A DNA stretch of 64,000 bases, from positions 2,567 to 66,566 of the forward strand of contig CASDOQ010000014.1 of the NCBI GenBank assembly GCA_949282345.1, given 5' to 3'. The position numbers and the translations under genes were made by a program. Source of the DNA: an uncultured bacterium (GTDB lineage: Bacteria > Bacillota > Clostridia > Oscillospirales > CAG-272). Shown here one piece after another: positions 9,167-18,268 of the stretch. Every line of letters begins with the position of its first letter. Positions within the stretch are counted from its first letter, which is position 1. The notes below the pieces were generated by a model. It made no database searches, had not been told where the DNA came from, and was given only the letters and a program-made list of their open reading frames with translations.

Positions 9167-10183
9167 ATGGTTCGTGCCGCGATCATCGGCTTTGGCGGGA
9201 TCGCCCAAAGCCACAAGAATGCGTATCTGACGCTCGAAAAGCAGGGTCTGCCCGTAAAACTCGTCGCCGTCTGCGATATCAATCCCGAAAAGTTGACCGC
9301 CGTGCAGAAGATCAATATTGCCACGGAGGAGGTGAGTGGGGTCTTCCACTGCTACACAGACTACCGCGAAATGCTGGAGAAGGAAGAGGTCACGCTGGTG
9401 GATATCTGCCTGCCGACCGACCTTCATCCTTCCTACACCATGGAAATGCTCGAACGGGGCTACGACGTGCTCTGCGAAAAGCCGATGTCGACCTCCGAGG
9501 AAAAGTGCCGCGAGATGATCGCCGCCGCAGAAAAAAACGGTCGGCATCTGATGATCGGGCAGTGCCTCCGCTTCTGGGGGGAATACGCCTATCTCAAAAA
9601 AGTGACCGAGGACGGGCGCTTCGGAAAACTTCGCAACCTGTATATGGAACGCCTCTCGGCCCCGGCTACCTGGGGCTTTGAGAACTGGTACATGAATTAC
9701 GAACGCGCCGGCGGGCCGATCACCGACCTGCATATCCATGACATCGACTTTTTGCGCTATCTGCTCGGCGAACCCGAGGCCGTCTCCTGCCGCGCCGACT
9801 CCAAGAACACGCGCTACGACGCCTGCCAGACCGAACTTTACTACAAGAGCGGGATCCCGGTGACCGTGGTGGCCAACGAACAGCTGACCGGCGTTCGCTT
9901 CCAGCACGGGTTCCGTGCGGTCTTTGACAAGGCCTGCCTGATCTTTTGCGACAATGCGCTGAAAGTCTATCCCTCCGACGGGAGCGGGGAACCCTACGTG
10001 CCCGACGAGATCGAGCCTATTCAGGGCATCCCGGCCGAGATCCGCTATTACGTGGACCTGATCGAAAACGGCAAGGAAAATCTGCTGAACCCGCCCGAAA
10101 GCGCGGCTACGTCGATCCGCCTTGTCCATACGCTGATGAAGAGCGCGGATAAAGGCGGTGAGATCGTGAAATTCGAGGGGTGA
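9167..10183 (+). CDS. Gfo/Idh/MocA-family oxidoreductase
   Basis: N-terminal Rossmann fold MVRAAIIGFGGIAQ, the EKP motif (CEKPM), and SD aaaaggagaaatcgatATG. Confidence 0.85.
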   Translation: MVRAAIIGFGGIAQSHKNAYLTLEKQGLPVKLVAVCDINPEKLTAVQKINIATEEVSGVFHCYTDYREMLEKEEVTLVDICLPTDLHPSYTMEMLERGYDVLCEKPMSTSEEKCREMIAAAEKNGRHLMIGQCLRFWGEYAYLKKVTEDGRFGKLRNLYMERLSAPATWGFENWYMNYERAGGPITDLHIHDIDFLRYLLGEPEAVSCRADSKNTRYDACQTELYYKSGIPVTVVANEQLTGVRFQHGFRAVFDKACLIFCDNALKVYPSDGSGEPYVPDEIEPIQGIPAEIRYYVDLIENGKENLLNPPESAATSIRLVHTLMKSADKGGEIVKFEG

Positions 10184-10239
10184 ACCGCCCTCAAAAAAGG
10201 TTTCATAATTTTTACTATATTTTTACGGAGGAAAAGAAA

Positions 10240-11073
10240 ATGCATCATATCGGCGTTCTGATCGTTTGGTCTGAATACAATCTGGATTTCAACAAGAGAT
10301 TCAAAGACCTGTTGGAAATGGAACTCGACTGCTGCCAGATCAGTTGTTGGCACCCCGAATTCTATACCGATGAAGCCGCGGAGAGGATCAAGGCGGCCGC
10401 GGCCGAGACCGGCGTGACGGTGACGGCGCTCTGGGCAGGCTGGACTCCGGCCGGAGAATGGAACATTCAGTTCGGCCCGCAGACCCTCGGCCTCGTGCCG
10501 GCGGCCTACCGGGAGCATCGCCTGGCCGAAGTCAAGGCCGGGGCGGATTTCGCCTATAAGATCGGCGTCAGCGACGTGGTCACGCACGTCGGCTTCCTGC
10601 CCGAAACGCCCGACAACCCCGATTATATCGGCACGGTGGCGGCCCTGCGTAACCTCTGCCGTCACCTGGCTCCCCGCAACCAGAACTTCCTCTTCGAGAC
10701 CGGGCAGGAGACCCCGATGACCATGCTCCGCACGATCGAGATGATCGGAATGCCGAACGTGGGCATCAACTTCGATACCGCCAATCTGATCCTCTACGGC
10801 CGCGGCAATTCGGTCGACGCGATCGAGGTCTTCGGCAAATACGTCCGCAACCTGCACCTCAAGGACGGCAACCTGCCGACGGATGGGATGAACCTCGGCC
10901 GCGAGGTCCCGCTCGGCACCGGGCGCGCCAATATCCCGCAGGTGCTGAAACGGCTGGAGGAGATCGGATATCAGGGGCCGTGGATCATCGAACGCGAGAT
11001 CACAGGCGAACAGCAGAGAAAGGACATTGCCGCCGGGCGTGACCTGCTGCGCGAGATCGAAAAGACCCTGTAA
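10240..11073 (+). CDS. sugar phosphate isomerase/epimerase (xylose-isomerase-like TIM barrel)
   Basis: 277 aa from ATG 10240 (SD ggaggaaaagaaaATG). TIM-barrel-like pattern (VTHVGF, FETGQE, NFDTANL, HLKD). Confidence 0.75.
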   Translation: MHHIGVLIVWSEYNLDFNKRFKDLLEMELDCCQISCWHPEFYTDEAAERIKAAAAETGVTVTALWAGWTPAGEWNIQFGPQTLGLVPAAYREHRLAEVKAGADFAYKIGVSDVVTHVGFLPETPDNPDYIGTVAALRNLCRHLAPRNQNFLFETGQETPMTMLRTIEMIGMPNVGINFDTANLILYGRGNSVDAIEVFGKYVRNLHLKDGNLPTDGMNLGREVPLGTGRANIPQVLKRLEEIGYQGPWIIEREITGEQQRKDIAAGRDLLREIEKTL

Positions 11074-11084
11074 GCAATAAGATC

Positions 11085-11122
11085 GAAAGACTGTAAAGGA
11101 AACTTTACGGTCTTTCTTTTTT
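11085..11122 (+). terminator. Rho-independent terminator
   Basis: gaaagactgtaaag-gaa-ctttacggtctttc hairpin followed by tttttt. Confidence 0.8.
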
Positions 11123-11179
11123 GCGCGCCGGGTGCGCCGGACGATACGCAAAAAATCGGCGGGAAAATGACGGGATCGC

Positions 11180-11208
11180 TTGATTTTTTCCGCTTTTCAT
11201 GGTATCGT
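11180..11208 (+). promoter_or_regulatory. putative sigma-70 promoter of the GH2-like gene
   Basis: TTGATT (11180-11185), 17 nt, TGgTATCGT (-10 at 11203-11208). This implies a leader of about 250 nt. Confidence 0.5.
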
Positions 11209-11461
11209 AATAGAAGAATCGAAGCAGTACCGCGCCGAAGACGCCGGCATGGCACGAAATGCGACGCTGCCAAAGCGCGGGACAGAACGCGCAGAGAAAA
11301 CGAAGATACGCGAACCGCCGCGCGGGGAATGCAGCCATGCGCGGAGTGAATGCGCGAAAACAAAAAATGCGGGGAACTGGGCAACCCGGCGCAAAAGACG
11401 CGCGAAAAATGAAGAAAAGGAAAAGCCCCCGCCGTCGGCGGGGGCGACAAAGGGAGGAACC

Positions 11462-14227
11462 ATGGAAGAAGAGAACAGGCTCTTTCATACCGTCAGCCTT
11501 TCCGGGGCGTGGCGGGTCGACTACCGTCCGGCGGGCGATATCCCCGATACAGAGCCGGAGGCGCCCGAATTTCTTCTCCGGGGAGCGGTCCCCGGGTATT
11601 GGGAGGAAATGAGCGGGGAATTCCGCTTTGCCCCCTTTTTTGCCGGATTGCAACTGAACCCCGAATACGGGATGCAACGCTACCCGATGGCGGGGCGGCC
11701 GCCGGATATGGCGCTGCCCACGGTACGCGGCGCTTTTACCTATCAGCGCACGGTCGAACTCGAAACGCTATGCGGGCAGCCCGAATTTTTCTGCGGCGGT
11801 GTGCAGAACGCGGCGGCGGTCTTTGTAAACGGCAGACTCATCGGAAGGCAGGAGGGCTACGGCGTTCCCTTCTCCTTCCCGATTCCGGACGGCGTGCTGG
11901 TGCCGGGGGAAAACCGCGTGACGATGGTCGTCTCCAATCTCCCGCTGAAGGGATATGACGGGGGGCTTGTCTCGGGGCTGACCTCCCGCGCCGCGAACGA
12001 GGGGACCGGCGGCGTGACCGGTGAGGTCGAGATCCGCTTCTATCGGGGGGCGCTCCGCGACGTTTGCCTGCTCTCTTCCCGCGAGGCCGACGGGGTGACG
12101 CTCCGGCCGGTCTTTGCGGGCGGCGAAGCATTGCCCTACCGTTACGAGATCCGTGCGGGGCGGCGGTCGTTGGCCGCCGGGGAGGCCGTCGGGGAGGTCG
12201 CCGTGCCGCTCCCGGAGGCGAAAAAATGGAGTCCCGAAGATCCCGTCCTTCATACGCTCCTCATCTGCGTGGGCGGACAGGAACTGCGGCGCACCTTCGG
12301 TCTGCGCCGTCTGACGACCGCGCGCCGCCCCGAAGGGTACGGGCGGATCCTCCTGAACGGGAAACCCGTTCTTTTGCGCGGCGTGACCGAGCATTGCTAT
12401 TTCCCGCTGACCGTCCACCCGACCGATGACCCCGCTTATTATCGCCGGAATATCCGGCTCTACCGGTCGCTCGGCTTCAACTTTATCCGCTTCCATACCT
12501 GGGTGCCGACCGAGGCGTATATGGACGCCGCCGATACCCTCGGGATGCTTTTGCAGGTCGAGTGTCCGAACAACGCGACCGCCGCGCACTGGGAACAGAT
12601 CGTGAAGACCTGCCGCCGCCATCCCAGCGTGGTCATCTTCTGTGCCGGGAACGAACTGATGCTGGATGACGGGCGGGTGGCATTTCTGGAGCGGCTGGCG
12701 CGAGTCGTCCACCGCGAGAGCGACGCCTGCTTCTCTCCGATGAGCGCCATGCGGGGCGTGGAATATATGTGTTCTCCCGAAAACAGCGGGGAAAACATGG
12801 TGGAAAAGCCCTTTTGGCACAACCCCGTGCGCATGAGGCAATTGGCCGGGTTCTGCGACCTGTTCAACAGTTATACGCAGGGGCTTCTCAGTTATACCTC
12901 CCTGCAGGGCACGCCGGAAAAGATCGATGAGAACGGGAGCGTTTACGGCGGCGTTCCCTGCCTTTCGCACGAGATCTGTATCAACGGCACGTACTGCGAC
13001 CTCAGTCTCATGCCGCGCTACCGCGGGACCCGCATCGGAGAGACGCCGTTTCTCTCCTCGGTCGAGGAGCATCTTTCTGCGCAGGGGCTTCTTGACCGCG
13101 CGCCGCTCTTTTATCGGAATTCCTGCGAGTGGCAACGCCGCATCCGCAAACATTGCTTTGAAACGGCGCGCGCCAGCCGCTCGATCGCGGGCTATGATTT
13201 TCTGGGGGATATCGACACCCACTGGCATACCTTTGGCTATCACGTGGGGATGATGAACGAGTTTTACGAGATGAAGCCCGGCGAAACGCGCGAAAACGTC
13301 CTGCGCTATAACGGGGAGACGGTCCTGCTTGCGGGACTTTCGACGAGGTTCTGCTTCAGGACGGGAGAAGAACTTCCCTACCGGCTGGCCGTCTCGCACT
13401 ACGGAAAAGCCCTTCCGGGGGCGAAACTGACCGTCCGCCTTTTCGAGGGTACGAGGGTCGTATCGAGCCGCGCTCTGCACGTCGGCGCTCTGTCGGCGGG
13501 CGAGGTGACCGATCTGCCGACCCCGCCCCTGCGCCTCCCCGCCTCCCGCACCCCGCGCGCGTACCGCCTGTCGGTGACGCTCGAGGGCGGCGGGCTCTTT
13601 GCCGAGAACGAGTGGGAGATCTATGCTTTCCCGGCTCCGGCAAAGAAACGAAAGACGCAAAATCTCCTCGTGGCCGAAACGATGGAACCGGAGGAACTGA
13701 CGGCCGCGCTCCGCGCGGGATGCGACGTTCTGCTGCTCGGTTCCGCCCCCTTCACCGCGCGGAAGACGGGATTTCAGATCGCGCTGGCCGGGCGCACGGA
13801 CGGAAACCTCGGCACCGTGATCGCCGACCATCCGATCTTTGAGGGCTTCCCGCACGAGGGCTTCTGCGGGTGGCAGTTCCGCTATTTGCTGGAAGGCGGA
13901 AGCGCGACCGTTTTCCCGGCGGGGGTCCCGTTCGACCCGATCCTTGAGGTGGCCGCCAACTATAAATACGCCTTTAGGCAGGCGGCGCTCTACGAATACC
14001 GCGTGGGGGCGGGACGACTGCTCGTCTGCACGCTGGCCTTCCGGGAAAGCGATCCGGCCGCCGCGTGGCTCCGAGACCGCCTGATCGAATACGCCGGAAG
14101 CCCTGCCTTCTCCCCGCGCCTGACCCTGACCGAAGCCGACATGGAAAAAATGTGTCTCCCATTTGCCGAAGCGGCGAAAAATGGGAATGTGGCCTTTAAT
14201 GTGAACGACAAAACCATGCGGTCTTAA
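11462..14227 (+). CDS. glycoside hydrolase family 2-like protein
   Basis: 921 aa from ATG 11462 (SD agggaggaaccATG). Sugar-binding jelly-roll region (GENRVTMVVSN) and TIM barrel (NGKPVLLRGVTEH, FNFIRFHTW, LLQVECPN, FCAGNEL). No signal peptide. Confidence 0.8.
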   Translation: MEEENRLFHTVSLSGAWRVDYRPAGDIPDTEPEAPEFLLRGAVPGYWEEMSGEFRFAPFFAGLQLNPEYGMQRYPMAGRPPDMALPTVRGAFTYQRTVELETLCGQPEFFCGGVQNAAAVFVNGRLIGRQEGYGVPFSFPIPDGVLVPGENRVTMVVSNLPLKGYDGGLVSGLTSRAANEGTGGVTGEVEIRFYRGALRDVCLLSSREADGVTLRPVFAGGEALPYRYEIRAGRRSLAAGEAVGEVAVPLPEAKKWSPEDPVLHTLLICVGGQELRRTFGLRRLTTARRPEGYGRILLNGKPVLLRGVTEHCYFPLTVHPTDDPAYYRRNIRLYRSLGFNFIRFHTWVPTEAYMDAADTLGMLLQVECPNNATAAHWEQIVKTCRRHPSVVIFCAGNELMLDDGRVAFLERLARVVHRESDACFSPMSAMRGVEYMCSPENSGENMVEKPFWHNPVRMRQLAGFCDLFNSYTQGLLSYTSLQGTPEKIDENGSVYGGVPCLSHEICINGTYCDLSLMPRYRGTRIGETPFLSSVEEHLSAQGLLDRAPLFYRNSCEWQRRIRKHCFETARASRSIAGYDFLGDIDTHWHTFGYHVGMMNEFYEMKPGETRENVLRYNGETVLLAGLSTRFCFRTGEELPYRLAVSHYGKALPGAKLTVRLFEGTRVVSSRALHVGALSAGEVTDLPTPPLRLPASRTPRAYRLSVTLEGGGLFAENEWEIYAFPAPAKKRKTQNLLVAETMEPEELTAALRAGCDVLLLGSAPFTARKTGFQIALAGRTDGNLGTVIADHPIFEGFPHEGFCGWQFRYLLEGGSATVFPAGVPFDPILEVAANYKYAFRQAALYEYRVGAGRLLVCTLAFRESDPAAAWLRDRLIEYAGSPAFSPRLTLTEADMEKMCLPFAEAAKNGNVAFNVNDKTMRS

Positions 14228-14440
14228 GAAAACGCTCCGTGACTGCGTTGCTCCTCGCCTACTCCCTTGACGTAGGTCGACTACGCCTGCGGGAGGGCGG
14301 CTCCGGTGCGCCTTGTCACAAAGCGTTTTCTGTCGACCGCCGATCTTAAGGAACGCTCCGTGACTTCGTTCCCGACAGGACGCGGGGCATTCGACGTAGG
14401 GAGATCCCGCCTGGCGGGAGGGCGGCGGCAGGGGTTCTCT
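14223..14440. repeat. ~122-bp imperfect tandem duplication starting at the GH2 stop codon; copy 1 contains a 17-nt inverted repeat
   Basis: cttaag(a)aacgctccgtgact.cgtt ... gacgtagg ... cgcctg(g)cgggagggcgg begins at 14223 and again at 14345. The arms agaaaacgctccgtgac (14227-14243) and gtcacaaagcgttttct (14315-14331) pair at 15 of 17 positions. Confidence 0.75.
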
Positions 14441-14740
14441 TTCCGAAAACAACAAAAAACGGCCCTTTCGGGTCGTTTTTGCTTTCGGGTCGTTTTGTTT
14501 TTGAGTCGTTTTCAGGGGACGGAGGCCCGTAAGGTGGGGGTCTCCGGGTCGTGGTGGGGCTTCCGGGTCGTGGGGCTTTTCTCGGGTTGCGGGATCTTTT
14601 CTCGGGCCGTGGCCGCTGACGATCGCTTCTTGGCCGGCTTTCTGCGGATTTGATGTCCCGGCTCTGGTGTTTCCTTGTTCGTAACACGGCAGATCTGCCG
14701 GGAAAATAGAGTTTTTCAAGTGAAAGGAAAACAAAACTTT

Positions 14741-14773
14741 ATAAAACCGCCGGAGAAAAAAGCACTCCGGCGG
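14741..14773 (-). terminator. Rho-independent terminator of the CDF transporter gene
   Basis: ccgccggag / ctccggcgg stem (14747-14755 / 14765-14773). On the minus strand it is followed by a T-rich run (ttttat). It starts 6 nt after the stop. Confidence 0.8.
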
Positions 14774-14778
14774 AAAAA

Positions 14779-15966
14779 TTAGACGAGCGAGAACTCGGCG
14801 TTGACGACGGCGCTGAGGTGCGGGTCGGCGGCGTGGATGCGGTCGGCTACTTCGGCGGAAACCTGCGCCGGGGTGAGACGGCTCTCACGCGGGAGCATGA
14901 CGTCAAAGATCAGATTGGCGTGCGTGGGGCCTTCGTTCATGCGGAAGTCGTGCAGGTCAAAGGACGGATCGATACTCTTGACGATCCGCCGGCAGAATTC
15001 CCGCAGTTCGGTAAGACGCGGGCTTTCGGTGATCACGGGATCCATGTGGATCGTGGCGGTGCAGAAAAAATTTTCGGCCAGCCCGCGTTCGATATTATCG
15101 ATCATGTCGTGCAGTTCCATGATATCCCCTTCGGCGGGGACCTCCACATGGAGGATGAGGATCTTACGTCCCGGGCCGTAGTCGTGGAAAGAAAGGTCGT
15201 GTATCCCGCAGACACGCGGATCGAACCCCAGCACGTAGGAAGAGACGCTGTGCACGAGTTCGGGGTCCGGCGCGGTGCCGAGCAGGGGATCGGCGATCTC
15301 TTTCAGTGACTTGACGGCGGTGTACGCGATGAAGAGCGAAACCACGATCCCGGCACATCCGTCGACCGGGAAATCCGGGATCACAAAGGAAAGGAGCGCA
15401 CAGAGCAGGACAACAGCGGTCGAAATGCAGTCGAAGAGCGAATCCATGGCGGTCGCTTCAATGGCGGCCGAGGAGATCTTCTTTCCGGCGTAGCGGCAGA
15501 AGAGCGCCATCCATAACTTGACGAGGATCGAAAGCCCTAAGACCCCGAAGGTCACGTAGGCGAGCAGCCCCGTCCCCGGGGAGGAAGAAGTGCCGGACAG
15601 GATCTTTTCGAGCGATTCTCGGAAAAGCCGGAAAGCGACGAGCAGAATGACGCAACTGACGCCCATCCCCGCAAAATATTCGATTCGTCCGTGCCCATAG
15701 GGATGCTCGCGGTCGGGCTTTTTCCCCGCCAGACGGAACCCGAGCAGGGTGATGAACGAGGAGGCCGCGTCCGACAGGTTATTCACCCCGTCGGAAAGGA
15801 TCGAGATGATGCCGGTGAGCCATCCCACCGCGATCTTGGCGGCCGAGAGAAAGCAGTTGAGGAGGATCCCCACGATCCCGCAGAACTGCCCGTAGGCGGT
15901 CCGCACGGTCGGGGATCCCGTATTTTCGGCGTCCCGAACGAAACGCCGGATCAGCGCGGCAAACAT
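14779..15966 (-). CDS. cation diffusion facilitator (CDF) family transporter
   Basis: 395 aa from ATG 15966 (SD acggaggtatatATG). Six TM helices, HPYGHGRIEY, and a C-terminal cytoplasmic domain. Confidence 0.85.
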   Translation of the reverse strand: MFAALIRRFVRDAENTGSPTVRTAYGQFCGIVGILLNCFLSAAKIAVGWLTGIISILSDGVNNLSDAASSFITLLGFRLAGKKPDREHPYGHGRIEYFAGMGVSCVILLVAFRLFRESLEKILSGTSSSPGTGLLAYVTFGVLGLSILVKLWMALFCRYAGKKISSAAIEATAMDSLFDCISTAVVLLCALLSFVIPDFPVDGCAGIVVSLFIAYTAVKSLKEIADPLLGTAPDPELVHSVSSYVLGFDPRVCGIHDLSFHDYGPGRKILILHVEVPAEGDIMELHDMIDNIERGLAENFFCTATIHMDPVITESPRLTELREFCRRIVKSIDPSFDLHDFRMNEGPTHANLIFDVMLPRESRLTPAQVSAEVADRIHAADPHLSAVVNAEFSLV

Positions 15967-16148
15967 ATATACCTCCGTATCTGAAAGCCGCCGGAATCGG
16001 GACTGCCGAAAACGCGAGAGCCCGGAGCCGGGACCCGCAGGGCTTCCCGCCCGGCTCTTCGGCGGTCTTTCCGTATCTGCCGGGGCGCGCAAGAGCCCGG
16101 AGGCGCCTGCTATCGCCGTGCCCTGGCGGCATACAGAAAATCTTGTGA

Positions 16149-16748
16149 TTATTTTTCGGTTTCTCCGCCGGTCTTTATCTGTTCGCAGAGACGAAGCACG
16201 GCGCGCTTGTAGGACTCGTCGAGCGCGGCAAGTTCCGCAGCCCGCCGGGCTGCGGCCTCGGCGGCGGCTTTGGCTTCGGCGGCGGCCTGCTCGGCTTTTT
16301 CCTTCTCCTCAGCGGCTTTGGCTTCCGCCAGCGCGGTCTCCTTTGCGTGCAGGCGGGCTTCCATGCGGCGCAGGATCCGAAGGAAGATAAAGATCGAGAG
16401 CGCGATGATCAGAAAGTTGATGATCGCCTGAATGAAGAGACCGTAACCGACCGCCGCCTCGGCCTTTGCCGGGATAAGGATCGTGCCGTCCGCCCCGACG
16501 ACCGCTTCTTTGGCCGGGGTGATGACCCACTTCCAGTCGGTGACGTTCACGCCCCCGGTCAGAAGGCTGACGAGCGGCATGATGATGTTGTTGACAAGGG
16601 CGGTCGTGATCTTTCCGAAGGCGGTACTGATGACCACCGCAACGGCCAGATCCAGCACGTTCCCGCGCGAAATGAAGGATTTGAAGTCGCCGAAAAAGCT
16701 CTTCCCGGCTTTTTCGGCTTTTTTGAGCAGTTTGTTCTTTTTGAACAT
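16149..16748 (-). CDS. mscL: large-conductance mechanosensitive channel with a long Ala/Glu/Lys-rich C-terminal extension
   Basis: FKSFISRGNVLDLAVAVVISTAFGKI...NNIIMP signature. ATG 16748 has SD gggagaaaaagATG. 199 aa; the tail is AEAKAAEEKEKAEQAAAEAKAAAEAAARRAAE. Confidence 0.85.
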   Translation of the reverse strand: MFKKNKLLKKAEKAGKSFFGDFKSFISRGNVLDLAVAVVISTAFGKITTALVNNIIMPLVSLLTGGVNVTDWKWVITPAKEAVVGADGTILIPAKAEAAVGYGLFIQAIINFLIIALSIFIFLRILRRMEARLHAKETALAEAKAAEEKEKAEQAAAEAKAAAEAAARRAAELAALDESYKRAVLRLCEQIKTGGETEK

Positions 16749-16758
16749 CTTTTTCTCC

Positions 16759-17991
16759 CTATGATAAGTTTTCTTTACAAAAAGAAGCATAAATGGATAT
16801 GATCCCCGTGAGAATCTTAACGACGGCTTCGATGTCCTCGGCGGCGATATGTTCGTAGGGGCCGTGGAAGGCGTAGCCGCCGGTGCCGAGGTTCGGGCAG
16901 GGGAGACCGCGCCGGGAAAGGAGCGCGCCGTCCGTCCCGCCCCGGATCGGGGGAAAGACCGGAGAAAGCCCCGCCGCGCGGGTGGCTTTTTCGGCTGTCT
17001 CGAGCAGGTGCCCGTGGCTGAGGAGCGCGGGCTTCATATTGCGGTAGGAGTCGCGCAGGGAGAGCGCGACCGATGCGGTGGGATAGCGGGCCGAGAGGCG
17101 GCGGGCGGCCTCGGTCACGACGGCTTTCCGGGCTTCGAGCCCCTCCTCCGTAAAGTCGCGGAGGAGGCAGGTGAGCGAGGCTTCCCCGACCTCGCCGTTC
17201 ATCCCGGTGATATGGTAAAAGCCCTGCCGGCCGCTTGTGTTTTCGGGGCGCTCATCCGGCAGGAGGGCGGCGTATTCCATGGCTAACTGAATGGCGTTGA
17301 CCATCCGGCCGCAGGCGGAACCCGGATGGACCGAGACCCCGCGGAAGCGGAGGACGGCCGTGGCGGCATTGAAGTTCTCGCTTTCGATCTCTCCGGCCGC
17401 GCCTCCGTCTACGGTGAAGGCAAAGTCAGCGCCGAAACGGGGAAGATCAAAATGGTCGACTCCGCGTCCGATCTCTTCATCGGGGGTGAAGGCCACGGCA
17501 AGCGGCCCGTGCGCAAGACCCTGCCGGAGGATCTGCTCGAGCGCGGTCATGATCTCGGCAATTCCGGCCTTGTCATCCGCGCCGAGCAGGGTCTCGCCGG
17601 CCGGGCAGAGCAGGGTCTTTCCTCGCAGGGAGGAAAGGTGCGGATATTCGGTCGGGCGTAACACCCGCCCGCCGGCCAGCGCGACCTCGCCTCCGTCGTA
17701 AGCGGGGATCACGCGGGCGCTGACTCCCTCTCCCGGGGCTTCCGGGGAGGTGTCGATATGCGCAATCAGGCCGAGGGTCGGCGCCTTTTCACAGCCCGGC
17801 GTGGCCGGAAGATGCGCATAGACGACGCCGTTTTCGTCGCGCGCGGCGTCGGAGAGTCCGAGGGCGCGCAGTTCTTCGGCCAGCACCTCGGCAAAGGCCG
17901 ACTGCCCCGGCGTGGACGGGACGCTCCCGCTTTCTTCCGAGGAGGCGGTGCCGTACCGTATATAAGAAAGGAAGCGTTCTGTGGCGGTCAT
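16759..17991 (-). CDS. pepT: peptidase T (tripeptide aminopeptidase, M20B)
   Basis: MTATERFLSYIRY..., GLIAHIDTSPE, LGADDKAGIAEI, and the FTPDEEIG motif. Confidence 0.9.
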   Translation of the reverse strand: MTATERFLSYIRYGTASSEESGSVPSTPGQSAFAEVLAEELRALGLSDAARDENGVVYAHLPATPGCEKAPTLGLIAHIDTSPEAPGEGVSARVIPAYDGGEVALAGGRVLRPTEYPHLSSLRGKTLLCPAGETLLGADDKAGIAEIMTALEQILRQGLAHGPLAVAFTPDEEIGRGVDHFDLPRFGADFAFTVDGGAAGEIESENFNAATAVLRFRGVSVHPGSACGRMVNAIQLAMEYAALLPDERPENTSGRQGFYHITGMNGEVGEASLTCLLRDFTEEGLEARKAVVTEAARRLSARYPTASVALSLRDSYRNMKPALLSHGHLLETAEKATRAAGLSPVFPPIRGGTDGALLSRRGLPCPNLGTGGYAFHGPYEHIAAEDIEAVVKILTGIISIYASFCKENLS

Positions 17992-18268
17992 GTCATTTCC
18001 TTTTTGCCGGATCTCTTTTACAAAGATCCGGCGGGTTTTTCGAAGAGAGTGCTTTTTGCCGAAGCCTTATGGGGGCGGCGTTCGTCAGGTGGACGTCGCG
18101 CGCGGGCGGGGGAAGGGGCGGCGTCGGTTGGGCGTTGCGCACGCGGGCTTGGCAGGGCGCGGTCTTTGGAAGCATTTTTTGTCCGGGTCTTAGCGTTTGC
18201 CGGGCAAAATGCGGGGCTTTTCGAAAGAGGCGTTTTCGGCTACGGAATCGCCCGGGCGGAACGGAAGA

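Noticed and set aside
14346-14687. 113-aa minus-strand ORF (P/R/S/K-rich) and 115-aa + ORF in the convergent spacer after the GH2-like gene.
   Set aside because: The translations are low complexity and made of the micro-duplicated units. They lack SD and start context.
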